Shown here: in pieces, positions 1 to 13,799 of the stretch
Layout of the letters: each line of letters starts with the position of its first letter
Position numbering within the stretch: the first letter of the stretch is position 1
NCBI RefSeq assembly: GCF_009914755.1
Contig: NC_060931.1
From: the human T2T-CHM13v2.0 reference genome, Homo sapiens
Length of the DNA: 64,000 nucleotides
Strand: one strand, 5' to 3'
Program-made: the position numbers and the translations under genes
Notes under the pieces: generated by a model
Told to the model about the DNA's origin: nothing
Seen by the model: only the letters and a program-made list of their open reading frames with translations
Database searches by the model: none

Positions 1-272
1 CAGGCCTTAGGCCTTTGCTTCTGCTATCCTTCCTTCTGGAATGTCCCCTCTTCTCTAAGTCTTCTGTTCATCTTTAATCCCCTGCGGGTGAATCAATCCT
101 GCTTATTATTAATACTGTGTAATTCTATTATTCATTGTATACTAGCTCTTATTTTTTCATTAGCTCCATGTATGCTGTTCTTGTCTTCAGTATTTATTTT
201 GGACGATGAGACTGTTTTTGGTATTTTTGGCAGTATCTAGCAGAATGCTAGGCTCATAGTAGTGAATCAATG
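1..272 (+). mobile_element. L2 3' fragment
   Basis: Degenerate L2 end: tctagcagaatgctaggctcatagtagtgaatcaatga. Confidence 0.55.
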
Positions 273-739
273 ACTGCTTTACTCCTTGATTATATTTGTA
301 TATGGCACGTCCAAAATATTAATACTGAAAGTGGTGAGATAAGATGGAGAGAGTTTTCTAGTAAGATTGTATTTGAGCTCCACTGGTGAACTTCCCTGAA
401 AGAATTTCAGAGTTACATGTGTGTACGGGTTTGGGTGGCTCCTACATGGATGATCTGAAGTAAGAGCATGAATTAACAGCTGCTGTTTCCCTCTCCTCTT
501 ATCTCACTTTAGTCTCCCACACTGTGCTGGGACCATTGCAGACTTGGAGTCTCTTCTCTGTGATTCCAGCCCACCTTTTGGAGTTCACTTCTTGTCCTGA
601 TGCCCAGTGCTGTGCTCCCCTCCACTCCTTTTGCTGCCCAGTAACTCTCTTCCCTTACCTGCAGAGCAGCCTTTGCCCTGGACATTAGCACCATGCTCTG
701 ACTCTTCCTGGCCAACTCTCCCCTTCAAAACTTAGGTGC

Positions 740-1045
740 ATAAATGAATGAACTACATTTACATACAATAAAACATAATGTTGCCTGAAAAAAGGCAGAC
801 ACAAAAGAGCACATAATGATTGTTGCAAAGATGGACAAAACTAATATCTGGTGTTGTAATCAGTATTGTAGTAACTCGTGGAAGGGGCAGTCTTTAGAAG
901 GGATTATGAAAAGGCTTCTAGAATGCTAGGAATCTTTAATTTCTTGACCAGGTGCAGATTTCATGGATGTATAATGCTTGCACTGTGTACTTATGATTTG
1001 TGCTTCCTTGTATGTATGTTATACTCTGACAAAAAGTTTTAAAAT
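740..1045 (+). mobile_element. Old L1ME-like 3' end
   Basis: ggacaaaactaatatctggtg...gcactgtgtacttatgatttgtgc...gtatgttatact, typical of an L1M 3' UTR. Confidence 0.6.
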
Positions 1046-2214
1046 CATTTATCTGCTTGGTAAGCTGATCACTTTATAAACTCTTCAGTGAACAGGGGCT
1101 AGTGTGTTGCTCTTCCCAGTAGTACTAATTAGGAGATAATAGAAATAGAGGAATCATAAAGTTGGCCCTCTGTGTCCACCCTCTTTATGGTGGTTCTGGG
1201 GAGGACTTGGAGGCTGTCAAGCTCATCCAGATGCTTCTGGATATTAGCATACATTAATCAAAATTCATGTTCAAAGTCTTAAATTTTTCTTCTAACAGAG
1301 CCAAGCTACCAGATTATTTTTCTTTATGTCTTATTAATTCCCAAAGGAGATATCTACTCTATCTTCAGAAATAAAGAATAGTTGATTTTGAGTTTCGTTA
1401 AGTATTCTAAATAGAATGACAATTTCTGTTTTGAAAAATAATTTCCCATTGAATCTTCAAAATAACTGGGAAAGAAAGATTGAGGTAGAGTTAACAATTC
1501 TGATTGTTATTTCTCACTACATCCTTCAATTTGGATGTACTTTCTCGTGGCACAAAGGCTTCCGGCACAGAGAGAAGAAGCCCTGTTGGGTTTTTCCACT
1601 TTGACTTGGGTGGTGTAAATTAATGTGATCAGATCGGAAAGGTGCAGGAACAGAAAGTGCATGCAGCAAGTTGTAGTAGGAGGGAGTAGGTATTTCGAAT
1701 CAACCAAACCTAGTCTTCAGGCTGGGCATCGGCACTTAGTCAGTGTGTGAACTTAGGCAGACTGTTTAACCTTTCCTCTAACAGAGTGGTAACATGCCCT
1801 CTCCCTGTGCCAAGTTCTTGTGAAGACTAGACACCCTGAGTATGAAGCTGCAGATTCAGGCTGTGATGGTTACTGCCATTGTGACATGGGACTAGAACAG
1901 AGAGGACACACATTTTCACATTGTTATTTTGAATGCACTGTATTTCTATATTCTATAAAGATGGCACATAGTAGGCACTTTTCATATTTCTGGGAAATAA
2001 AAATGAATACAAGGAAACAATTCTTGCTCTCCAAACAATAACTCAAAATTTTGGGAAAGAAAACAATTTTATGGCCATATGTTGGTAAGTAGTACAGAAT
2101 CTTTCATAAATACAAAGGAACTCTAAAGTGAATGAAGATGCTTGTGATGTGAGCTTTGTCAGGAACGGTTATATTAACAGATGTAGGTGTGACTGAAGCT
2201 TAATTTTGGAAAAT

Positions 2215-2425
2215 CAGTCATAATGACAATAGACAATGTTGATTCTACATGGTCTTCGAGCTGGGCACTTGACTTCCTGCTTTACATGTGTTATATCCTC
2301 TAATCCACACAACTACTCTGGGAAGAGTTAGCTGCCAGCATGATCTCCATTATAGGTGAGAAAATCAAAGCTTCAGGAGAAGAATGTCACTTACCCAGAA
2401 TCACACAGTTAGTGGAATGGGGCAG
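2215..2425 (-). mobile_element. MIR
   Basis: ccattataggtgagaaaatcaaagcttcag...cacttacccagaatcacacagttagt, reverse MIR core. Confidence 0.65.
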
Positions 2426-2649
2426 GTGTCTGTGTCCAAAAGCCCTTGTAGCCATCTGCATCAACCTAAGAGTGAACATGGTGTTTGTAGGGCATAGTAC
2501 CGAAGAGGTTTTGGAAACAGTTGCTCTCAGGAAGCTGTGAGTCAGTTGGAGAATTAATAATTCTACCTCTGTGTTCTTAAATCTCAGCAGAAGAGTAGCT
2601 CATAAACAGTTATATCAAGGAGGGGAAATCATGTGGATGTAGAGTGAGA

Positions 2650-2860
2650 ACTGATTTTAAGTTGCTGCTACTCATTATGTGCTGTGCAGCCTTGGACAAG
2701 TTACTCAACAAAATTGAGCATCTGTTTCCTTAAAATATCCTTAAACAGGGTAGAGAGATAATATACTTTGCCATTTTTGATCTATGGGGCTATTGTAATG
2801 ATCTGGTGGATTTATGAAATTGTCAAGTGCAACAAAGTAAGTTATTTTTGTTAATAGTTC
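2650..2860 (+). mobile_element. MIR
   Basis: gctgtgcagccttggacaagttactcaac...ctgtttcct, MIR core. Confidence 0.55.
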
Positions 2861-4260
2861 AAGTAATAGATGTGGTGATGGTAATAATAATATGATGATA
2901 TAGCAATTATTGTAATAACTTAAAATAGTAATAAAAATAGACAATATAACTTGGAGTCAGATGGCCACAAGGATTGAATTGCCTTTTGCTGGCAATATTT
3001 CAAATATTTTCTGATTAAGTTGTTTTGCTAGATTCGTAGTTTGTGGCTTTGGCTCAGACAAGCAATTAAATTCTCCTCAGGAAATCATGAAAGGTTACCT
3101 TTGGTTGTACAGCCTACACTGTTGAAATTTTGGCTTCAATTCAGGATTCATGGACAAATTAACATCTGAATCACTTGAGACCTATTCATAAAGAATAGGA
3201 TGATGTATATAACTAAAGCTTATGTGCATAGCTAAAGTGACTTGAGTTTCACAATGAAGCTGGGAGATGGAGACTATACTCCCGTACTCTGAGTCACCTA
3301 CTGCAGGGCAGCCATCTATGGGGCTGTGATGGTGTTTATATGTAAGTGAGCATCTGACTTGGTTGGAGCTCGCTGATTTAATGGAGGATGCCTCCAGTCT
3401 AGCAAGTGAGGTTTGTAAAGGGCCCTGTAGGACCCTCCAAGAAAAGTTATGTATAAAGGAGAGTTATACTCATTTGCAAATCATTTCTTAAAGTAAAATG
3501 CCCATGAAAGTCAGTAACACCATAGTTTGTTTCTAAAAAGTAAACTTAAATACTTTTAGAGGACTTCAGAGCTAGAAAACATTTATATCTTACTTAGAGT
3601 GGTCATTACCCTTGCCTGCCTTGCTGTGGTATAAGTAATGAAATTGTGTATACAAACTGTTATCGTGGCAGGGATTATTATTAGATAATTTCTTTGTATA
3701 ACCTTAAAAAATATGGCATGTTATGCAAATTATACGAAATGTATTTCTTACTAACATAATTTCAGGGTAGTGTGAAGCTCAATTTTAGGGATTTGGGAAA
3801 TAAATGTGAATTATTTTTATTAAGCTGTTTTGCTAAGATGACTAATTCTGACCAACAATTTCTGTATCGTAGATCTACTTATTATTTAAAACTTTTATTA
3901 CTCATGTTTTCAAAAAGATTCTTTGAGGATAGATTAAGTAAAAATGACCACACAGTGTAGTGTGGTAGTTATGTCTCTGTTAGTCAAAATTTCTAGCAGT
4001 TTTAGTTTTAAAGATATGATTAGTCATCTGTATAGAAATTTCAATAAATTGCTTTTGCAATTATAGCTATCTTAGAAGAATTTCTTCCAGAGAAGTTGAG
4101 TAAGAATGCCAATTAATTCCAGCTGTTGGAGTGAATTGTATGTAGAATGTCTATGAGTTCAACCGTCAGTAAACTAGGACAAAGCTCTTAAATGTTATAA
4201 TTTCACAATCAAAAAACTTTGCAACCAGTTGTCCACTTATTAGACTGAATTATTGAATGA

Positions 4261-4585
<325 letters not shown>

Positions 4586-4774
4586 TCTTCAGTTTATTTT
4601 TAAAGAACTCAGTATCCCTGGCACTGTTGGCCATCTCTGTGGAGATACTAGTTCTAGCAGGAAGGCAAGGTTGGGGGAGTTTTTTGTTTTTTAAAAAGGC
4701 TTAATTTTTAATTAAAAAATTTTTTAAATTATGTTTTTTCATTACACTTGCATAGTCAGTTATGTGTGTGTGTT

Positions 4775-5535
4775 TTAATTGACTTTATTTTTTAGAACTG
4801 TTTTAGGTTTATGGAGAAATTGAGTGTAAAGTCCAGAGATCCCATATACTTCTTTTCCCTGGCACACAGTTCCCTTTATTATTAACATCTTGTATTATTG
4901 TGGTACATTCATTACAATTCAATTGATACAATTGATGAACCAAATTTATACATTAATATTATCTAAAGTGCAGAGCTTACATCAGGGTTCACTCTGTTGT
5001 ATAGTTCTTTGGGTTTTGACAAGTGCATGATGTATTTATCTACATATCTACATGTAGATATTACATACATGCAGATATATAATATCTGCATGATATTACA
5101 GTATCATGCAGAATACTTTCATTGCTGCCCAACCCCCCACCCCACCCCTGCTGCCTGTCCCTGTCTTCCATCTACTTACACCCTGCTTATACCCATCCCA
5201 ATCCCGTCAACCACTCATGTTTCTGTCTTAATGGTTTTGTCTTTTCTAGAATGTCATACAGTAGAACGATAGATTGTATAGCCTTTTCCTATTGGCTTCT
5301 TTCATTCAGCAATTTGCATTTAAAGTTCCTGTATATCTTTTTGTGAATTGATATCTCATTTCTTTTTGTCATGGAATAATATTCTATTGTATGGATGTAC
5401 CACAGTTTATTTATTTATTTACCTGTGGAAGGACATCTTGGTTGCTTCCAAGTTTTGCCAATTATGAATAAAGCAGCTATACACATTCATGTGCAGGTTT
5501 TTGCATGGACATACATTTTCAACTCATTTGAATAC
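4775..5535 (-). mobile_element. L1MC/L1MD-type 3' end
   Basis: ttgactttattttttagaactgttttaggttt... and ggacatcttggttgcttccaagttttg, antisense L1M 3' region. Confidence 0.8.
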
Positions 5536-6453
5536 TTAATTTCCATTTACCTAGCATTGAGATCAAATAGACACTGAGTATATAGATGAAGGTCAAGAAA
5601 AACACACCATTCCTATGAGAATAAGAGGTAGTGGAAGATAGAACACGGAGGGTTTAAAAGTATGGGTCCTGCAGAAACGCCAACCTGTCTTCTGCCAGTG
5701 GGTAAATGGACCATGGGGAGAAACTGGAAGGACGTTTTCTTCTTGGTTACATTTCAGAATAATCTAGAGGAGTACCAATTAAGCATCCTTAATCCATTCC
5801 AATTTTTGACCTAGTTAATTCAATTCCCAGAAACACTTTTAAAATGCATTTATAAATTTAATATATTTGGTTCTTTTAAAGCCTCCAAATGCCTTGATCT
5901 AACAACCAGAACTTCTCCATGTGATAGCTTAAAAGCTTTTCTTGTAAACCCAATAAAACAAAATTTGTATATGTAGTTTCTCTTAAGCATTCTAGTATTG
6001 GTGGGAACCTAGTAAAATTGTTTTATACCTTTCAATTTAAAAATCACATTTTAAAATAAAAGAAATTGATATTACATGCATAGTCTATTACTATATCAAA
6101 CTGTCTTAAACGTAATACTTTATGAACTAAATATTGAAACCTGTCCAAATGATTACATATTGATTCCTAAACTTAACCTCCAAGGTTTAAATACTGTGGG
6201 TTTGCTTTAAAATAATTATGTCTGTATTTAAAACTAAATATTTCCAGAGTCCTTGTCACCCAGAGTGATTTATAGTTCTCATCTCTGGAAGTGGTGTTGT
6301 TATATAACGTGGTTTAGGTAACTTACCAGCCAGTGATCTGAGACCTGTTGGAGGTCTGCCATGTGGACCCAGCAGTATTCTTCTCTCCCACCCATTGACA
6401 GATGCTTGACACCATTTTGTATAGTCAGTATCACAATCGGAGGATTCTAAGTC

Positions 6454-6497
6454 TCTACCTTGAAGTAATTATTTTTCTACCTTGAAGTAATTATTTT
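6454..6497. repeat. Perfect 22-bp tandem duplication
   Basis: tctaccttgaagtaattatttt x2. Confidence 0.95.
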
Positions 6498-6949
6498 ATT
6501 TCATTTGAATCTGCATTCTTCTGAATCGGGAGACACCTAACTTCCTTCAGCTAATCTCTTAAACTTCTCATTGAATTCTCTATTTGTTTAATATTTTTTT
6601 TCCCTATTGGTTAGGTCACAACTCTTAAAACTTTTGAAATCTAATATTACCGAATTCTCCAGATCTCTCACACCTCTGTCTCTGTAGCTATACTGCTAAG
6701 ATCTTGCTAATGACAGCTATGTCTGACTGAGTTTCCTGTGGAGATACTCATCTGCTTGTTGAATTACCCACTGACAGAACTGTAACCATGAATCATATGT
6801 ATTAAGGAAAAGTAAAGAAATTATACTCTTTTACAATTCAGATGTTTGAGGTCTCTGTTGACACGTTATATATGAATGTATCCTGTATGTGGCAGAGCGA
6901 GTTTCAAATACAACTAAAGGTTTTTCACAAAAGTTTCATTATGAAGTAC

Positions 6950-9582
6950 TATATTAGTCCAGTTGCATACTGCTGTGAAGAACTACTGGAGATTGGGCAA
7001 TTTATAAACAAAGGAAGTTTGATCGACTCACAGATCTGCATGTCTGGGGGAGGCCTCAGGAAACTTACAATTATGGCAGAAGGGGAAGCAAGGCACATCT
7101 TACATGGCAGCAGGAGAGAGAAACAGAGAGTGAAGCGGGAAGTGCCACACTTTTAAACCATCAGCTCTTGTGAGAATTCATTCACTATCATGAGCACAGC
7201 ATGAGGGAAACTACCCCCATGTAATACCTACTCCAGTGACAATGTAGGTATTACAATTTGAGATGGGATTTGGGTGGGGACACAGCCAAACCATATCATT
7301 CTCCCCCTGGCCTCTCCCAAATCTCATGTCTTTCTCACATTTCAGAACCCATCATGCCTTCCCAGCAGTCTCCCAAAGTCTTAACTCATTCTAGTACTAA
7401 CTCAAAAGTCCAAGTCCAAAGTCCCATCTGACACAAGCAAGTCCCTTCTGAATATGAGCCTGTAAAATCGAAAACAACTTAGTTACTTCCAAGATACAGT
7501 GGGGGTACAGGCATTGGGTAAATGTTCCCATTCTAACAGGGAGAAATTGGCCAAAACCTAGGGGCTTCAGGCCCCATGAAAGTCTGAAATCCAGCAGGGC
7601 AGTCATTAAATCCTTTTTTTTTGAGATGGAGCCTCACTCTGTTGCCTAAACTGGAGTGCAGTGGCATGATTTTGGCTCACGGCAACCTCCGCCCCCCCAG
7701 GTTCAAGCAGTTCTCCTGACTCAGCCTCCCAAGTAGCTGGGACTACAGATGCATGCCACCACAACCGGCTAATTTTTGTATTTTTAGTAGAGACAGGGTT
7801 TCACCATGTTGGTCAGGCTGGTCTCAAACTCCTGACCTCAGATGATACACCCGCCTCGGCCTCCCAAAGTGCTGGGATTACAGGCATGAGACACTGCCCG
7901 GCTAGTCATTAAATCTTAAAGCTCCAAAACAGTTACCTTTGACTCCATATCTCACATCCAGGGCACTCTCATGCAAAGTGTGGGCTCCTAAGGCCTTGGG
8001 CAGCTCTGCCTCTGTGGCTTTGCCAGGTAGAGCCCCCATTGCTGCCTTCACGGGCTGGTGTTGAATGTCTGTGGCTTTTCCAGGCCTTTGGTGCAAGCTG
8101 TTGGTGGATCTACCATTCTGGGGTCTGGAGAACAGCGGCCTTCTTCTCACAGCTCCACTAGGCAGTGCCCTAGTGGTGATTCTGTGTGGGGGCTCCAACC
8201 CCACATTTTGCCTCTGCATCGCCCTAGTAGAGGTTCTCTATAAGGACTCCTCCCCTGCAGCAGACTTCTGCCTGGACATTCAGGCATTTCCATACATCCT
8301 CTGAAATCTAGGTGGAGGTTTCCAATCCTCAACTCTTGTCTTCTGCACACCCACAAGCCCAACACCACATGGAAGCCTCCAAGGCTCCAAGGCTTGCAAC
8401 CTCTGAAGCAAAGGCCCAAGTTGTAACTTGGTGCCTTTTAGCCATGGCTGGAGCTGGAATGGCCAGGATGCAAGGCACCATGTCCCAAGGCTGCACAGAA
8501 CAGCAGGGCCCTGGGCCTGGCCCATGAAGTCATTTTTCCCTCCTAGGCTTCTGGGCTTGTGGTGGGAGGGGCTGCTGCAAAGATCTCTGAAATGCCCTGG
8601 ATACGTTTTCCCCATTGTCGTGGCTATTACCATTCGGCTTCTTTTTTCTTATGCTAATCTCTGCAGCTGGCTTGAATATCTCCCCAGAAAATGGGTTTTT
8701 CTTTTCTACCACATGGTCAGGCTGGAAATTTTCCAAACTTTTATGCTCTGCCTCCCTTTTAAACATAAGTTCCAATGTCAGACCATCTCTTTGTGAACAC
8801 ATATGACTCTACACTGTTAAGAGCACTCAGGCTCTGCTGCTTTGCTGCTTGGAAATTTATTTTGCCAGATATCCTAATTCATCTTTCTCAAGTTTAAATT
8901 TCCACAGATCTCTAGGGCAGGAGCAAAATGACACTAATCTCCTTGCTAAAGCATAGCAAGAGTGACCTTTACTCCAGTTCCCAATAAGTTCCTCATCTCC
9001 ATCTGAGACCACTTGAACCTGGACTTCATTGTCCATATCACTATCAGCATTTTGGTCAAAACCATTCAACAAGTCTTTAGGAAATTCCTAGCTTTCACGC
9101 AACTTTCTGTCTTCTGAGCCTTCCAAACTGTTTCAGCCTCTGTCCATTACCCAGTTCCAAAGTCACTTCCACATTTTCAGGTATCTTTATAGCAGTACCC
9201 CACTCTCAGTGCCACTTTTCTGTATTAGTTCATTTTCACACTGCTATAAATAACTACCTGAGACTTGGTAATTTATAAACAAAAGAGGTTTAATTGACTC
9301 ACAGTTCAGCAAGGGTGGGGAGGCCTCAGGAAACATATAATCATTGCAGAAGGTGAAGGGGAAGCACGACACATCTTACGTGGTGGGAGGAGAGAGAGAG
9401 AACGATGGGTGAGGTGCCACAGTTTTAACCTATCAGATCTTGTGAGAACTCACCATTATGAGAGCAGGATGGGGGAACCTCCCCGATGATCCAATCACCT
9501 CCCACCAGGACCCTCCCCTTGACACATGGAGATTACAGTTTGAGGTGAGATTTGGGTGGAGACACAGAGCCAAACTGTATTA
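6950..9582 (-). mobile_element. Full-length THE1 (THE1C/D-like) ERVL-MaLR element: LTR 6950-7298, internal region 7299-9220, LTR 9221-9582
   Basis: Two homologous LTRs. The internal region carries MaLR ORF remnants (8857-9072, GFDQNADSDMDNEVQ...GNWSKGHSCYALA). 5-bp TSD agtac at 6945-6949 and 9583-9587. Confidence 0.93.
7614..7903 (-). mobile_element. AluS inserted in the THE1 internal region
   Basis: Dimeric Alu; TSD agtcattaaatc at 7601-7612 and 7904-7915. Confidence 0.95.
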
Positions 9583-9609
9583 AGTACAATTTTTAGATTA
9601 GATTTTTGG

Positions 9610-10350
9610 GACTGACTTGGCTCTTTCAGCCCCTGTATCTAGTCCATCAGTACATTTAGTGGCTCCACCTGCAGAATAGATCTGGAATCTGACAGCTTCT
9701 CACCACTTCCTTGGCTGCCATTCTCTCTTGCTTGGGCTCTATTGTTATATTGACACTTGACTGTTTTTTTTTTCCCCCACCCTTTTCCCCATTATCTGTC
9801 TTCCACATAGCAGTTAGCAGATTGTCATTCTACCACTATCAATCCTCCAGTAGCATTAGTCATAATAGACTAATAGCCAAATTCTTTACCTGTATGTTGT
9901 AGATCCTGGCTTGTCCTCAACCTCATGTCCCATCAATATTCTTAGCCACACTGGTCTCCTTGTTTTTCTTTAATCTCACAGCACATGAGGTTCCCCCTCA
10001 GAACCTTTGGACTTACTGTGCCTCATCTAGTAACTCTCTGCCCTCTAATATTATTAGCATGTCCCTCTCCCTTATCCAATCAGGTCTCTGCTCAAGAGAT
10101 TACCTCCTCAAAGATGTCTTCAGAGAATACATCTGATCATTTTTTTCTGATTTAAACTCCCTCTCTGCCCCTCCATACATCCTACCCTAGTTCCAGTCAC
10201 TCTATGGCCTCTTCACTGGCTATTTTTATTTATAATACTTAAAAAAGGCTGGCATTGTTATGTATGTGTATTTGTTTATTGTTACAAATTTACTGGTATA
10301 ACTCCAGCACCTAGAATAATTCTTGGCACCAGTAAGTGTTCAGAAACACT
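9610..10350 (+). mobile_element. L2 fragment reaching the 3' end
   Basis: Pyrimidine-rich L2 body ending ccagcacctagaataattcttggcaccagtaagtgttcag. Confidence 0.7.
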
Positions 10351-10392
10351 TGTAGGAGTAATCTTCTGTAGAAGTAATCTTCTGTAGGAGTA
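10351..10392. repeat. 16-bp tandem repeat (~2.6 copies)
   Basis: tgtaggagtaatcttc tgtagaagtaatcttc tgtaggagta. Confidence 0.9.
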
Positions 10393-11379
10393 GAAGGACT
10401 AATCTCCCCACCTTCCCTGATGCTTGTAGTGATGGAGAGGCCCAAGGGAAAGTTACACATAAGAGACCCCAATGAGAACACTGTTATTGGACCCATAGCT
10501 GATTGACTTAGGCTTCCTAAAGTAGCTTGTCATTTTCAGCATGGAATTTACATTAGACAATTTAGTTTTTTTTTAAGCCACTTTACTTAACAATTTATAG
10601 TAAAATACCTACTTGTTAAAAGAAGATAGGTATGTTTAAAAGGAAAATACCTGAAAATACCTTACATAAGTTTGAATTTTTAAAAGAGTCAATCAGCATG
10701 GAAAAAATGAACATATTGTTAAATATTGAAGTATCATTGATAAGTCTTGTGGTTGAAAGTGCTATACAATGCAGGAAACACTTTTCCTCTACATTATCTT
10801 AAGCATGTGTGTGGGCCGGAGGTCAGGTTTAATAAAAATACTTTAGCTTAAGAACATAGGTCATGAAAAGGAGCTTATGTAAAAGGCTTTGAAGAAGTTC
10901 TTATAGAGGAAGTCACTCAGTGTAGTGGGTTACAATGCCTTGAGTAGGTCAGAGGCGATGAGAAAGTCACATGGCTAGGGCCTTGGTGAATGTTTCTGGG
11001 ACTGTCAGTGGTGTCTGCATGATCTCTTCTCATGCTAGTAGCCATTTCCCACATCCAGCCATCACCTTGTCACCCATCATGTCAGCACTTAGCTGTCGAC
11101 TCTGTTTGCCATTGTCTTTTCTTTAAAGAAGTAGCAGAGGAGTGATATTGGGTTATTCAGAATAACCAGGTCTGGGCATAGCTTCAGCATTTCCACTTCC
11201 TGTCTCATGAGCTCATTTTGTTTTAAATCTCATTCATGTTCTATAAAGATGGGGATGCTTCCAACTATTAGTTGATTGATAATTGAAAACAACTTCATTT
11301 CTAAAATTTGTGAAACCATTAGTCACACAATGGCTATAATATGAACACCATGTAAAGGCTCTATGATGGTAATTGTACA

Positions 11380-11528
11380 ATGTATCTGCATGTCAGAATC
11401 CCTTGGGAAGCATTTATAAATGCATACCCCAGATATACTGAATCAGAATCTTTGAGGCTGAGGTACAACAATCCCATTTTTAAAGTTTCCTAGGGACTTT
11501 GATATGTTTTCCTGTTTGCAACCACTCA
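11380..11528. mobile_element. MER5A-like hAT-Charlie MITE
   Basis: cagaatcccttgggaagc...ccccagatatactgaatcagaatct. Confidence 0.65.
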
Positions 11529-12429
11529 TCTGGGGGCACAAGAAAAGTTATAAGGCATATTTTCTGTCTTCAAGTCTCTTGTGTCTAGTTCAAAAATGAA
11601 AATGAGAACAAATGGCCCAGTTAGACAATGCATTGGAGTTGGTTTTCTGTTTGTGTGTTTGATTGGTGTGAATGAAGAGTAGTCTAGATAAGGCAGCATG
11701 TGGTTGGTATCCTTGATTTATTGTTGGATAAAGCACCAGATAGTCTGACTAGTATTGCAAGGTTTATTTTAGTGTATGAATCATTAGTATGGCTTCAAAA
11801 ATGTATAATGTTAAATAGCCTTTTATGTAGCTTGTATCTCCCCTTCTACTTTCGAAGCTGGCAAGATTTTTAAGAAAGGACTTAAAAATAGACCCAATCA
11901 TTTTGGTCAAATTTGTTTTTAGGGTGAAAATGAACAAACCCCTCATACCTTTTATAAATTGGCTTGCATTTCCTTTCAAATTCCTGTAAGAATGTAAACT
12001 TTGGATATTTCATAGTAGCTCTAATAATTCTAACAACAATTTAAAACCATTTAGACCAATTTACCCAATTGCCTTAATAAAAGGCTGTTCTGGCAGTGAC
12101 TAAAAGACCCCTTGGTGGTGCTTAAATAAATTATTAGCTCTTGATGTTTGTCATCATATGGTCTTAGGCTCAAAATATCAGTGGCCTTCTGAAACTTTAT
12201 TGTAAGGACATTTATTAAGTAAATGATCTGAAAATAAGATGGAAGCAATTCGAGGAAATTATGTCTCTACTTTGTATCTCTCATTTAGCATATGTACAAT
12301 TACTACATTTTCCTACAAATTACTTTGAAAGATATATTAATCAACAGTGGTAGTAGGTATTATTAGAGAACAAAGCCATGATTATCAAATACATTTGTTT
12401 TGTTAAAACAATGGGAGTATGTCAGACAT

Positions 12430-13330
12430 ATAGATTGACTTCCTTGAAGACAAGTGAAAAGCAAGTAAGGCTGGAAGCTGATGTGTGGAGACTGAGAGGG
12501 GAGTGATCAGATAAAGTAGGGCCTTGTGTATGAAAGATGAGATTTTATTAGGACTGTAATGGGAAGCCACTGGAGTAATTGGGAAGAAATTGGAGGTTTT
12601 GTTCGTTTGCAGCATAAGTTTTAAAAGAGTACTTTGCATTTGGGTTTTTAGTAGACTGGGAAGAAAGGTGTTGGTAGTTTAAACTAAGTTTATAACCTGG
12701 AGATGGGGAAAAGTAAATGGAGACTGGACATTTTTTGATGGTACTGCTAATGGGACTTTCTGCTGGATTGATCCAGGGGATAAGAGGAAATAGGAATCAA
12801 GGCCAAATTCTGGGTTTTATTTGTTTAGCATTTACTGGAATGTATTATTTTATGGGAATAACAGGTTTGGGGCAGATCTGGGGGAAATCAAGGATTCTTT
12901 GAAATGGCTATCAGCCATGCAATTCATGATGTCTAGTTGGCAGCTGATGTATAAGGCTGGTGCTCAAGGATACACTCAGGCTAGAGGGAAAAGCTAGAGA
13001 TTTATCAGTGAACAGATGGTCTTTAAAACCACAGAAATAGATGAGATTATCCATTCAGTGAATGTAGACAGAAAAGAGGGCTCAAGTCACAGCCCAGGGT
13101 TTAGATGTTAGGAGGATGAGGCAGCAGGAGTGACGGTGACTGACAAGGAGCAAAGGAGGACAAAGTAAACAAGAAGATAAAGGCATTGAAAAAGGAGAAA
13201 ATAATCTGTCAGAGGTTTTTGCGAGACAGAAACTGACTAGAAAGAATGAAAGACATGGATGCCAGATTAGAGTAGGTTATGGATAAAGTGGGAGGTGATA
13301 GAGGAATTTGTAAGGATTGGGATCTTAAGA
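12430..13330 (-). mobile_element. L2 fragment
   Basis: Purine-rich antisense L2: gtaatgggaagccactggag..., gatgagattatcc...gtagacagaaaagagg. Confidence 0.7.
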
Positions 13331-13799
13331 AAGAGTAACTGAGAAATGATTGTTAAGCGTGGGTAAGTGTGGCAGGTGGGGAGTGGAGAACTTGAAGTCA
13401 AGGGAGAATTTTATAAGATGGTGCTCTAGGGTATGTTTAAAGGTAATGTCCTAGCAGAAAGAGAGGAAGACTAGCCAGAGAGAACAGATAATTGCTGGAA
13501 GGAAGGGGAAGGAGAGATGGTTGAGTTTGCCCTTTGTAGGAGCAGTGGATGCCAGGCTATGAATACAAATGCGCTTAATACATGTAAGTCTCTGTGCAAG
13601 ACAATGATAGTGAAAATCAAAGTGTGTTGTTGACAATGAAGTGCTAGGTAAATGTGACATGATCCTGTCATTCTGCAATTACTTCTATTACTTCTTGCCT
13701 CCCTCACCTCCTCCTCCTGCTCCTCTCTCACTTCCTTCCAAGTCACATATAGTAGTCCAGTGTACAGTACTAGTACAGTACAGTTTGTGGGTATATATT

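Noticed and set aside
3716-3730. Octamer ATGCAAAT resembling an OCT-SOX composite site
   Set aside because: The SOX half-site is poor, and isolated octamers are expected by chance in AT-rich DNA.
7902-9072. Cluster of 60-120-aa ORFs on both strands
   Set aside because: All lie in the THE1 internal region; they are broken MaLR ORF remnants or GC-rich chance ORFs.
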